Part shown: positions 46,701 through 54,586 of the stretch, piece by piece
Layout of the letters: the number at the start of each line of letters is the position of its first letter
Numbering within the stretch: position 1 is the first letter of the stretch
DNA from: Eubacteriales Family XIII. Incertae Sedis bacterium
GTDB lineage: Bacteria > Bacillota > Clostridia > Peptostreptococcales > Anaerovoracaceae
Assembly: GCA_031272485.1 (NCBI GenBank)
Contig: JAISTV010000017.1
Location: forward strand, 4,385-68,384
DNA: 64,000 nt
Direction: 5' to 3'
The notes under the pieces: model-generated
Told to the model about the DNA's origin: nothing
Database searches by the model: none
Seen by the model: the letters and a program-made list of their open reading frames with translations, nothing else
Position numbers and translations under genes: made by a program

Positions 46701-47398
46701 TTATTAATCGCTGGGTGCGCGATAAGAAGCTGGAAAAGGAGCTGGCTGCGGCCGGCGAGAAGGTGGGCACGGCGACTGCCGATTCCCCGGCCGCCGCGGC
46801 GCCCGCGGAAAGCCTCTTCGAGGGGCTGCACCTGCGGGGTGTGGACATAGACAGCGCCGTCATGCAGTTTGGCGGCGATGAGGAGATGTACCTCGACGTG
46901 CTGCGCTCCTTTGAGAGGAACACCCCCGGCCTGGCGGACAGGGCGAGCGAAGTGACCAAAGAAGCGTTAGCGGATTACGCCATCATTGTCCACGGAATGA
47001 AGAGCGCCAGCCGGAACATAGGGGCGGCTTCGCTCGGCAACAAGGCGGAGGCTCTGGAGAAGGCGGCCAAGTCCGGGGACTTTGCGTTCGTCTCGGAGAA
47101 CAACGCGGCGTTCGTGGAGCGCGTGCGCGAGCTGATCTGGGAACTGGCCGGGCTCATAGAGAAGATAGACGCCACCCATACAAAGGAAGTGAAGAAATGT
47201 CCGGACGCCGCCGTGCTCGAAAAACTGCGGGACGCGGCGCTGGCTTTCGATATAGACGAAGCGGACGCAGCCATGGAAGCGCTCGAACAGTATGCGTATG
47301 AAGAGGGGAACGCACTGGTCGAGTGGCTGCGCGAACAATTGGATATGGCGGGGTTCGCTAACATTGCCCAGCGACTCGCCAAGGAAATCGGAAATTAG
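43703..47398 (+). CDS. hybrid sensor histidine kinase (tandem periplasmic solute-binding-like domains, TM, HisKA/HATPase, REC, HPt)
   Basis: N-terminal signal-anchor; second TM VYMIGVCALLAALIFVLLLL. H-box SHFLANMSHEMRTPLN; G-boxes DTGIGI and GTGLGL. REC domain VLVVDD..DHMMPEMDG; C-terminal HPt HGMKSASRNIGA. Confidence 0.9.
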   Translation: MEFRQRKFMGLSERHSKALIALILFVTVFVLSFSVMQVEAASGNSEANEAQMREIHDFRKIPGITEEQIAAVEAILKEHDTFTYGMRKSSECFIGLDGNPAGFGELVSYRLSDLFGVEFETVVVDFQELPNMVRFGEVDFSGDFVVTGADLSTVYQTQTMVERAVKMARLNDATPFEYIAKERPVRLAFLNNGQSRILVNQREGEIEFEYEDIAVANRDEALALLRSGEIDAFVSDSSQVEGVTILDDITVSTFSPLTYKQLGITTSYEEYQPILDVIDLYLSQGGLAEMNDLYTQGYTEFCHHVFKTNLSEEEAAWYEEHITNGTPIKIAVSYSNYPVNFYNEKEGEYAGIVIDILAQITDITGLHFHIKNQPDTSWSDILAMLENGDVDMVAELLHTAERETKFLFSNPYAEDHYVLISRSDTAAISLNQVLYANIGLITDSAYEAMYNEWFPSNGNTTQYPDLYAAFDGLEAGEVDYVMANEKGLLIISNYMERSGFKTNLQFDYSADSQFGFNKDQAILVGIINKALFLIDTDGITSDWKHMTFDYEKQMAKKQTVYMIGVCALLAALIFVLLLLMRHRRMHENQLESLVAQRTEQLEEQTRATEAASNAKSHFLANMSHEMRTPLNAVIGLSELTLTQDYEEEEVRGNVEKIYNSGVTLLGLVNDILDLSKIESGNFELVPVDYDIPSLINDTITLNIIRIGSKPIEFKLDITGDLPARLFGDELRIKQVFNNLLSNAFKYTKEGEVLWSVRCERDPERPETMWLVSDVRDTGIGIKPEDLGKVFGEYSQVDTKANRKIEGTGLGLAITRSMVEMMGGSLTVESVYGEGSVFHMRVQQGWVTGETIGAAVVENLRSFRYADRKRDRNASFVRAFIPYARVLVVDDVATNLDVARGLLKPYGMQVDTVMSGRAAIEQIQKADVKYNAVFMDHMMPEMDGIEATRIIKNEIGTDYARGLPIIALTANALVGNEEMFKNKGFQDFLSKPIDIIKLDDIINRWVRDKKLEKELAAAGEKVGTATADSPAAAAPAESLFEGLHLRGVDIDSAVMQFGGDEEMYLDVLRSFERNTPGLADRASEVTKEALADYAIIVHGMKSASRNIGAASLGNKAEALEKAAKSGDFAFVSENNAAFVERVRELIWELAGLIEKIDATHTKEVKKCPDAAVLEKLRDAALAFDIDEADAAMEALEQYAYEEGNALVEWLREQLDMAGFANIAQRLAKEIGN

Positions 47399-47412
47399 AA
47401 AGGGGGGTAATT

Positions 47413-48498
47413 ATGGTTAACGGTAGAAAAACGGTTCTGCTCGTGGACGACAATCCGACGAACTTGTCCGCGGGAAAGAACATGCTCAAGGAGCAGTACA
47501 AGGTTTACCCCGTTCCTTCAGCCGAGATTATGTTCGACCTACTGGAGAGTGTGGATGCAGATCTGATTCTGCTCGACATAGAAATGCCGGACATGAATGG
47601 CTACGATGCCATTCGCAAACTCAAGGCTACGGAGCGATGGCGGCAGATTCCGGTAATCTTCCTGACGGCTATGACCGGCGAGGGAAGCGAGCTGGAGGGA
47701 CTGTCGCTGGGGGGCATCGACTATGTCACCAAGCCGTTTTCCGCGCCGCTTCTGCTTAAGCGGATTGAAAATCATCTGGAGCTGGTGGTACAGCGGCGGC
47801 AGCTGCAGGACTTTAACGACCGGCTCGGGACCATGGTCAAGTCCAAGACGGAGCAGGTGCTGGCGCTGCAGGACGCGGTGCTCGGCACGGTGGCCAATCT
47901 GGTGGAGTTTCGGGATGACGTGACGGGCGGCCACGTAGAGCGCACGTCGCGGTACCTCGAGATTCTGGTGAACGCCATGCTGGAAGACGGGCTTTACGCG
48001 GCGGAGACCGAGGGCTGGGACATGAACTATCTGATTCAGTCCGCCAAACTGCACGACGTGGGGAAGATAGGCATAAGCGATTTGATTCTCAACAAGCCGG
48101 GCAAGCTCACGGACGAGGAGTTTGAGATCATGAAGCAGCATCCCAAGATCGGGGTGACGGCCATCCGGCAGATAGAGCAGAACGCGCCGGACCACAGCTT
48201 CCTCCGGCACGCGGGACGCATAGCCGGCTACCACCACGAGAAGTGGGACGGCACCGGTTACCCGTACGGATTCAAGGGGACGGACATTCCGCTCGAGGGG
48301 AGGCTCATGGCCATCTCCGACGTTTACGATGCACTCATCTCGGCCAGGCCTTACAAGAAACCGTTCAGCACGGAAGAGGCCAAGGCCATAATACTGGAAG
48401 GGCGCGGGACGCATTTCGACCCCGCTCTGGTGGACGTATTTCTCCGGGTCGCCGATCAGTTCGCTCAGGTGGTCCAGGAGTCTGCGTTCGCCGTATAA
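47413..48498 (+). CDS. response regulator with HD-GYP domain
   Basis: REC domain (VLLVDDNPTNL..LLDIEMPDMNG..K) followed by HDVGKIG and HHEKWDGTGYP. Confidence 0.9.
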   Translation: MVNGRKTVLLVDDNPTNLSAGKNMLKEQYKVYPVPSAEIMFDLLESVDADLILLDIEMPDMNGYDAIRKLKATERWRQIPVIFLTAMTGEGSELEGLSLGGIDYVTKPFSAPLLLKRIENHLELVVQRRQLQDFNDRLGTMVKSKTEQVLALQDAVLGTVANLVEFRDDVTGGHVERTSRYLEILVNAMLEDGLYAAETEGWDMNYLIQSAKLHDVGKIGISDLILNKPGKLTDEEFEIMKQHPKIGVTAIRQIEQNAPDHSFLRHAGRIAGYHHEKWDGTGYPYGFKGTDIPLEGRLMAISDVYDALISARPYKKPFSTEEAKAIILEGRGTHFDPALVDVFLRVADQFAQVVQESAFAV

Positions 48499-49093
48499 CT
48501 TAGCGGTAGCCCGGCTTTCTCGGTATAACCTGGGGGGGCAGAAATGCAGAACGCGGAAGCCGGGCAAAATTCTCTTCGGGGATATCATTTTTGTGTATTG
48601 ACAGGTGGAAACTTTTTGCGGTACAGTATGAAAAGTACCCGAAAGAAATATTTTCAGCTACGAATCTTTAGGGTATAAAACAATATCAGAATAGAATATT
48701 TTTATGTTTTCATTCTCAGAAAACGGGTAAGAGTATTCTTGTAAGGGGACACGATATTAGTTTGACTAATCTTAAGTGACAGCACACGTTCGCACAAGTT
48801 TTCGCATCTTAACCTGCTATGGGTTTACGGTTGACGGTAACCGGGGGGGCATCCAGGTGCCCAAATGGAATTATAGCACGGCTGCACCGACACGTTCGGA
48901 AGCGCGGCTGGCGGTCGCATATGCGTAACCGGTTTTTTCGGCATGCTTGGTTGGCTTCGCGTTGACAAAATAGTAGGCATATCTGATTACAGAAAGCAGA
49001 CATGCTTTTGGCATCTTAGGTATTCGAGGGGGTGACATCCGGGGGTAGACTGCTTGGGTAAGAGTAGAGTGAAGAAACTCGGGAGAGACAGAT

Positions 49094-51688
49094 TTGGATA
49101 AGAAAGATTTGGGGATAATCGAGGGGGGAGCGCCTCGGAACATCCCGCAGCAACACACCTTGCTGCTCAGACCGCGTATCAATGACATCCTTCTGCAGGC
49201 GAGTCAGGAGTCACTGGTGACCATCAGCGCGAACTCCGGTTACGGCAAGACCTGCGCCGTCCATCAGTTCATAGTAAACAGTCCGAACAAGGCTCTCTGG
49301 TTTGCGCTTTCCGACCGCGACAACAATCCTATGCGGTTCTGGGAGACGCTCATTCGCAGCTCCGCGAAGCTGGATCCCTACTTCTCCAAGAGCGTGGCGG
49401 AGATAGGCTTTCCGGAGTCCGACCTGCAGTACGAGCAGTATCTGGACGTGCTGCACGACGTCATTCAGACCGATACGTTTTTTATCGTCTACGACAACGC
49501 CCATCTGATTACGAACGAGAAGATTCTGAAACTCATATCGCATAGCGCGGAGGAAGGGCCGGCGAATATCACGCGGATTATTATTTCCCAGCCGGGCTCC
49601 CGGATGGCCAGCGAGTTCCGGTTCCTGAAGTCGAGCACCGAAACCATAACGGAGGCGGAGCTTTCCTTTACGGAGCAGGAAGTGGCGGACTATCTGGAGT
49701 TTATCGGCGCGCCGTCCTCGCGCAAGACCAGCGCGACCATCTACCAGGAGACGGAAGGGTGGGCGTTCGCGGTGAACCTGGCGGGCAAGCTGCTCAAGAA
49801 GACCATGCTGCGGCAGAGCGCGCGGTCCGACACGGAGGCCATGGTGGCGCGCAACGCGTTCCGCGCCAACATTCAGATGTTTATAGAACGGCAGTTTTCC
49901 GCCGAGGTGGACAGCGACCTGCTTAAGCTGCTCGTGCGCATGTCGCTTCTGGATTACCTGCCGGACGGGCTCGTGCGAGAGCTGGCCAAGGACGAGCGGC
50001 TCCAGAAGGAGCTCGACACCAAGGTCTCGTTCGTGCGCCACGACACCATGCTGTGCACGTACAGCCTGCACCAGCTCCTGCGGGAGTGGCTCAGGACCAA
50101 GCAGTGCGAGCTTACCGAGGACGAGGTGCTCGAGACGTGGCGCGAGGCGGCACGCTGGTACGAGGCCATAGATTACAAGACGGACGCGGTTTCGTTCTAC
50201 GAGGCGGCGGGCGACTGGCGGGACATAATCCGCATAGGCCACCTGCTCCCGCAGGAGATTCCGCAGAGCACGGCGCAGTTCTTCTACGACACGCTCTCCC
50301 GCGGGCCGGCGGAGACGCTGCAACAGGTGCCGGAGTATTTCGTTCTGCGCGTGCGGCTGCTCATCTGCCTGCGGCGGTTTGAGGAGGCCATAGCGGAAGC
50401 CACCGCCGTCATAGAGGAGTATTCCGGCAAACCGCAGGGGCCGTTTAACACGTTCGTGTTGGGCAGCGAATACGTAGGTCTGGGCCTGGCGCAAATGCTC
50501 ATAGCGCCGGTCACGGACAAATACGACTTTGACAAATCCATGGAGCAGGCCTACCTGTGCGACAAGAGTATCCCGTGGCTGGAGAAGGGCGACCACACGG
50601 TGCTTCACATAGGCGCGAGCGCGCTGCTCGTGGGCACGGAGCGGAAGGGCGCCATGGAGGAGTACCTCGATGCGCTCAAGCGGGCGGTGTTCTATCTGGA
50701 GAAAACGGTCAACGGCTGCGGCGCGGGCATGTACGATCTGGCGCTGGCGGAGTATATGTACTTCCGCGGCGAGTCGAAGAACGGCGACATACACGCGGTG
50801 AAGGCCTACCGCGACGCGGGGCAGGGTGGGCAGGTTATCATCCAGTACCACGCGCTGCTGTTCCGGATTATGAACGCCATAGCCGACGGCGACTTCGACC
50901 GCCTGCAGTCGGTCAAGAGCGACGCGGACAATCTCTACCAGACCTCGCCCGGCTTGTACCGTTCGATTAACTACGACGTGGTCTGCGGCTTTTATTACGC
51001 GGCCCTCGGGGAAATGGACAAGGTGGCCACCTGGCTGCGCACGGACTTCGAGCTGGGCACCGACCAGCCCTCGCGGTTCACCGAGGACTACATGCACATA
51101 ACCAAGCTGCGCATCCTGCTGGAGGACAAGCGGTATCGCGACATCCTGAGTTATATAGAAGCCGATAACAGCCTGCACGAGTACCTCATAGGGCGGCTGA
51201 CGCTTAAGTCCATAGAGGCGGTGTGCCTGTACAACGTCAAGCGCAAGAAGGAGTCCTACGAGGCGCTGCGCGAGGCGTACAAGATGGCGCAGCCCAACCA
51301 TTTCGACATGGTGTTTATCCGGCTGGGCGCGGAGATGCGCACGCTGATTGCGGCGGCCATGAAGGAGCCGGGCGGCGGGGTGAAGGGCATCCCCAAGAGC
51401 TGGCTGCAGACCATCCACCGGCGCTCCTCGGTGTATGCCAAGCGCAAGAAGTTCCTGTGCGCGGCGCACCGGCAGGAGGAGGACGCGGTGGAAGCCATGG
51501 AGATTACCAAACGCGAGAAGATGATACTGACGGATCTGTCACGGGGGCTTTCCCGGGCGGAGATAGCGGAGGAACAGGGCATCTCGGTGAACACGGTCAA
51601 GACGGTGCTGAACACCATCTACGCTAAGTTCGGCGCGCAGAACAACGTGGATGCCATAAGAATCGCCAACGAAAGGCGCCTGCTGTAA
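49094..51688 (+). CDS. MalT-like (STAND ATPase + TPR-like) LuxR-family transcriptional regulator
   Basis: N-terminal P-loop-like SGYGKT; long helical repeat region. C-terminal LuxR HTH: LTKREKMILTDLSRGLSRAEIAEEQGISVNTVKTVLNTIYAKFG. The TTG start is tentative. Confidence 0.85.
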   Translation: MDKKDLGIIEGGAPRNIPQQHTLLLRPRINDILLQASQESLVTISANSGYGKTCAVHQFIVNSPNKALWFALSDRDNNPMRFWETLIRSSAKLDPYFSKSVAEIGFPESDLQYEQYLDVLHDVIQTDTFFIVYDNAHLITNEKILKLISHSAEEGPANITRIIISQPGSRMASEFRFLKSSTETITEAELSFTEQEVADYLEFIGAPSSRKTSATIYQETEGWAFAVNLAGKLLKKTMLRQSARSDTEAMVARNAFRANIQMFIERQFSAEVDSDLLKLLVRMSLLDYLPDGLVRELAKDERLQKELDTKVSFVRHDTMLCTYSLHQLLREWLRTKQCELTEDEVLETWREAARWYEAIDYKTDAVSFYEAAGDWRDIIRIGHLLPQEIPQSTAQFFYDTLSRGPAETLQQVPEYFVLRVRLLICLRRFEEAIAEATAVIEEYSGKPQGPFNTFVLGSEYVGLGLAQMLIAPVTDKYDFDKSMEQAYLCDKSIPWLEKGDHTVLHIGASALLVGTERKGAMEEYLDALKRAVFYLEKTVNGCGAGMYDLALAEYMYFRGESKNGDIHAVKAYRDAGQGGQVIIQYHALLFRIMNAIADGDFDRLQSVKSDADNLYQTSPGLYRSINYDVVCGFYYAALGEMDKVATWLRTDFELGTDQPSRFTEDYMHITKLRILLEDKRYRDILSYIEADNSLHEYLIGRLTLKSIEAVCLYNVKRKKESYEALREAYKMAQPNHFDMVFIRLGAEMRTLIAAAMKEPGGGVKGIPKSWLQTIHRRSSVYAKRKKFLCAAHRQEEDAVEAMEITKREKMILTDLSRGLSRAEIAEEQGISVNTVKTVLNTIYAKFGAQNNVDAIRIANERRLL

Positions 51689-51716
51689 AAGGAAACACGC
51701 ATAGATATTTTGTATG

Positions 51717-51751
51717 GAATTGCCGGCCTCGCGCCGGCAATTCGGTTTTCC
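51717..51751 (+). terminator. intrinsic terminator after the LuxR-family gene
   Basis: Perfect 11-bp stem GAATTGCCGGC / GCCGGCAATTC, CTCGC loop, then GGTTTTCC. Confidence 0.75.
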
Positions 51752-51816
51752 GGGAGCCTCACCCCTTTGGGTGATGTGTGCGCGAAAAAAAGTGCAAAAC
51801 AGGGCGTGTTTTTTCC
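51750..51816 (+). repeat. conserved upstream block, copy B (related to 43530-43599)
   Basis: See copy A. A CACCC-cttt-GGGTG hairpin lies inside the block. Confidence 0.6.
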
Positions 51817-51905
51817 TTTTTCCTTCCCCCATAATTGAGACATAAGAGAGGTAATGGTTCTAAGCCCGGCAGCAGGCCGGCGGGACCAGCGAGGGGGGAT
51901 TGAAT

Positions 51906-52379
51906 GTGGCAAGGTCTTCAAAAGGAAGCGGCTACAAAGTTATGCTAATCGTAACGCTGTTTTTGCTTATTGCAGTGGCGTTTACAGGATATTTGGTGTT
52001 TGCGGACGACTCGAAAAAGGCGCGTCCCGAACTGGAAGAGGAGAGCATGCAGTATGCCATGAACGCATACGAGGGATCCGAAACGGCAGTGGGGAAGGCA
52101 GACATACATACAGTGAAAAAACATTTTGGAACATACGACGGCACGACGGATATGACGGCATATGTAGATGCGGGGGAAGCCTCCTTCACGGCGCTGCTCT
52201 TCGGCGGCAAGGTGGTAGAGGCGAGCCGGTACGCGGCTTACATTGACGGCGGCGTCCTCGTCCTGACCATACCGGCAGCGGGCCTGGAACGCATAAGCAG
52301 CGGCATGTATTGCTTTAACGCAGAATTATCGGACGGACTGTCCGAGACGATATGGCTGATCGTGCCGAATAAAAATTAA
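51906..52379 (+). CDS. small N-terminally membrane-anchored protein, unknown function (paralog of 6732-7244)
   Basis: GAGGGGGG RBS 7 nt before GTG 51906 (TTG 51900 is too close to it). TM helix VMLIVTLFLLIAVAF. Shares HFGTYDGT and GMYCFNAELSDGLSETIWLIVP blocks with the 6732 ORF. Confidence 0.7.
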   Translation: MARSSKGSGYKVMLIVTLFLLIAVAFTGYLVFADDSKKARPELEEESMQYAMNAYEGSETAVGKADIHTVKKHFGTYDGTTDMTAYVDAGEASFTALLFGGKVVEASRYAAYIDGGVLVLTIPAAGLERISSGMYCFNAELSDGLSETIWLIVPNKN

Positions 52380-52490
52380 ATAGCATTTTACAATCATGCC
52401 TTCATGCATTCATCTCTCCCACAACTATTGTTGCATGCAAGGCGAGCCTGCCATCTTACCCCTATCCCAAAAGGCGGGCGACTGTTTGCG

Positions 52491-52543
52491 GGGCTGTCTC
52501 ATAATACTCCCATCCCTGGTAGAGGCAGCCCTTTTCTTTTTTT
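52491..52543 (+). terminator. intrinsic terminator (long-loop hairpin + T-tract)
   Basis: GGGCTGTCTC (52491-52500) pairs with GAGGCAGCCC (52522-52531), including one T-G wobble. Followed by TTTTCTTTTTTT. Confidence 0.55.
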
Positions 52544-52548
52544 GAAAC

Positions 52549-52944
52549 TCAGGCGCGCAGAATCTTCACGTAATACTTGCGGGAGCGCGGCGGGTCGAAC
52601 TCGCAGAAGTAGATACCCTGCCAGGTGCCGAGGAGGAGGCGGCCGCCGCGGATTATCACGGTGACGCTCGAGCCTATGACGCTGGCTTTCAGATGCGCCG
52701 CGCTGTTGCCTTCCATATGGCGGAACTCGGGGCGGTCCGGGTAGGTCTTACTGAGCGCGAACAGCAGATCCCGCACCACATCCGGGTCTGCGTCCTCGTT
52801 GATTGTTATGCCGGCCGTCGTGTGCGGGCAGTAAACCACGGCGGCGCCGTCCTGCACGTCGCTCTTTGCCACGGCTTCACTTACCTGGGCGGTAATGTCG
52901 TAGAAGTCTTCCCGCTTCGCGGAAAGCTGGTATTCGAAAATCAT
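52549..52944 (-). CDS. YjbQ/UPF0047 family protein (secondary thiamine-phosphate synthase family)
   Basis: VYCPHTTAGITINE.ADP.V..D and H.....G.S....V..G.L.LGTWQGIY..EFD motifs. Confidence 0.85.
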   Translation of the reverse strand: MIFEYQLSAKREDFYDITAQVSEAVAKSDVQDGAAVVYCPHTTAGITINEDADPDVVRDLLFALSKTYPDRPEFRHMEGNSAAHLKASVIGSSVTVIIRGGRLLLGTWQGIYFCEFDPPRSRKYYVKILRA

Positions 52945-53126
52945 CGTCCGTTCCTGTCCGCCACAAGCCGCTCAAAGCTGCGGTCGTAGGTTTTCTCCGC
53001 TTTCGCGGAGAAAAAGCACGCCGGGAAGTCGCCGTCGCGGTTGTGGTAGGCCACGCAGGCACAGCATTTCGCGTGGTTCGCGCAGGTATACGTGCAAGGG
53101 CACTCGTTCTTGTTATCGCAATTCAT
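52941..53126 (-). CDS. small cysteine-rich protein (conserved hypothetical)
   Basis: MNCDNKNECPCTYTCANHAKCCACVAYH..GDFPACFF. GGAGG RBS 8 nt before the second ATG. Its stop overlaps the yjbQ start (ATGA). Confidence 0.65.
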   Translation of the reverse strand: MNCDNKNECPCTYTCANHAKCCACVAYHNRDGDFPACFFSAKAEKTYDRSFERLVADRNGR

Positions 53127-53189
53127 CTCCGTTACCTCCATTAAGTCTTAAGGCGATTATAGCACACGGGTACCGGTGCTGTATCTTCG

Positions 53190-53218
53190 TTGCAAAACGG
53201 GGGCGCGGCCTATATAAT
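53190..53218 (+). promoter_or_regulatory. promoter for tRNA-Leu
   Basis: TTGCAA (53190-53195), 17-nt spacer, TATAAT (53213-53218), 16 nt before the tRNA 5' end. Confidence 0.65.
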
Positions 53219-53234
53219 CTTTGCGTGGATTTGT

Positions 53235-53317
53235 GCGCGCGTGGCGGAACTGGCAGACGCGTCGGGTTTAGGTCCCGGTACTTCGGTGTGGGGGTTCAAG
53301 TCCCTCCGCGCGCACCA
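53235..53317 (+). tRNA. tRNA-Leu (anticodon UAG), class II with long variable arm, CCA encoded
   Basis: 7-bp acceptor stem GCGCGCG/CGCGCGC. Anticodon stem TCGGG/CCCGG with loop TTTAGGT (anticodon TAG at 53269-53271, G37). Variable arm TACTTCGGTGT; T-loop TTCAAGT; discriminator A plus CCA. Confidence 0.9.
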
Positions 53318-53346
53318 TTATCTCAGGAATCAGGGAGAAAACCAGA

Positions 53347-53697
53347 ATGAACAACGAGCGTGTGTACCGTATGCCCTTCGCTAAGGTCTATCCGATGCTG
53401 GTCGCCAAGGCGGAGCGCAAAGGCCACAGCAAAGAAGAGGTGGACACCTGCATCTTCTGGCTGACCGGCTACGATGCCGCCGGGCTTCAGGCGCAGCTCG
53501 ATAAAGAGGCGGACCACGAGACCTTCTACGGGGAAGCGCCGCGCATGAACCCGGATGCCGGCAAGATAACCGGCGTGGTCTGCGGGGTGCGCGTGGAGGA
53601 CATTGACGACCCGCTCATGCAGAAAATCCGCTGGCTCGACAAGATGGTGGACGAACTCGCCAAGGGAAGGCCGCTCGAGAAGATTCTGCGCGGGTAG
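53347..53697 (+). CDS. DUF2200 family protein
   Basis: MPFAKVYPMLVAKAERKG.SKEEVD.CI.WLTGY pattern. No terminator between the tRNA and this ORF. Confidence 0.75.
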   Translation: MNNERVYRMPFAKVYPMLVAKAERKGHSKEEVDTCIFWLTGYDAAGLQAQLDKEADHETFYGEAPRMNPDAGKITGVVCGVRVEDIDDPLMQKIRWLDKMVDELAKGRPLEKILRG

Positions 53698-53698
53698 G

Positions 53699-53906
53699 GC
53701 GTACACGGTTTTTCAGGTATTGTGCAGGGTTGGCCGGCCGTAAACGTTTTCGCTGCACGATTTTTGCGTTTCGGGGCAGGGGTTTCCCGCATGTAACCCT
53801 TTACATCGCCTTTTTTCTGCACCCTACTTGAAAAATCGTGACCGTGGGCCGGGTGCGAAGGCCCTTTTCGGGGTGGCGGCCGGACCGAAACGAAAAAATC
53901 GTGCAG
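53699..53906. repeat. dispersed intergenic repeat element, copy 2
   Basis: Collinear with 10715-10922 and keeps the same four GTGCACGATTTTT-type arms. It begins 2 nt after the DUF2200 stop codon. Confidence 0.85.
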
Positions 53907-54000
53907 GCTACGGAAATTCTGCTGTTGGGGGAGTGACTTGCCCGCCGGCTATGGTATACTGCCTTTAGAGATAAGGGACCTGTTGGTAGTGTGAACTTGA

Positions 54001-54558
54001 ATGAGCAAAATTTGTATTGGCGTGATAGCGGGGAGCCTTCGGAAAGCCTCGTATTCCAAGCGCGTGGCGCGGTATGTGGCCGGGCTTTTTCCTGCCGACT
54101 TCGCGGCGACGTTTATCGATCTCGCGGATCTTCCCATGTACAATCAGGATTTGGATGATGAGGGCGCGGCGCCCGAGGCATGGACGGCGTTTCGGCGGAC
54201 GGTCGCGGCGCAGGATGCCTTTTTGTTTGTCACGCCGGAGTACAATCGGTCGTTTCCGGCCGTTCTGAAGAACGCGCTCGACATAGCGAGCAAACCTGCG
54301 GGCGCCAACCAGTGGGCGGGGAAACCCGCGGCGCTCATAAGCCAGTCGCCGGGGAATCTGGGCGGCGCACTGGCGAACCAGCACATCCGGCAGCCTATGA
54401 ATTTTCTGGGGCTCAAGCTTATGGCGCAGCCGGAACAGATGATAGCGGAAGTGGCCACCGTCCTGGGAGCGGACGGGGAGATTACGAGCGAACATAAGCG
54501 CAGTTCGCTCGCGGCGTTCGCGGAGGCGTTCGCCGGATGGGTGCGCGAAAACGCATAG
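54001..54558 (+). CDS. NADPH-dependent FMN reductase family protein
   Basis: IGVIAGSLRK.S and FVTPEYNRSFP..LKNALD motifs. Confidence 0.85.
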   Translation: MSKICIGVIAGSLRKASYSKRVARYVAGLFPADFAATFIDLADLPMYNQDLDDEGAAPEAWTAFRRTVAAQDAFLFVTPEYNRSFPAVLKNALDIASKPAGANQWAGKPAALISQSPGNLGGALANQHIRQPMNFLGLKLMAQPEQMIAEVATVLGADGEITSEHKRSSLAAFAEAFAGWVRENA

Positions 54559-54586
54559 CCACAGTAGGGATAGGGAGACAAAAAAA

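Noticed and set aside
48598-48680. Tiny ORF MKSTRKKYFQLRIFRV after the TTGACA-18-TACAGT site in the long spacer, considered as a possible signalling-peptide gene next to the TPR/LuxR regulator.
   Set aside because: The ATG starts 1 nt after the putative -10, so it would not be on the transcript. There is no RBS and no signal sequence.
51854-52246. 130-aa ORF in an alternative frame, starting behind an AGAGAGG RBS, overlapping the 51906 gene.
   Set aside because: The translation is Gly/Arg-rich junk. The overlapping frame has a TM helix and clear paralogy to 6732-7244.
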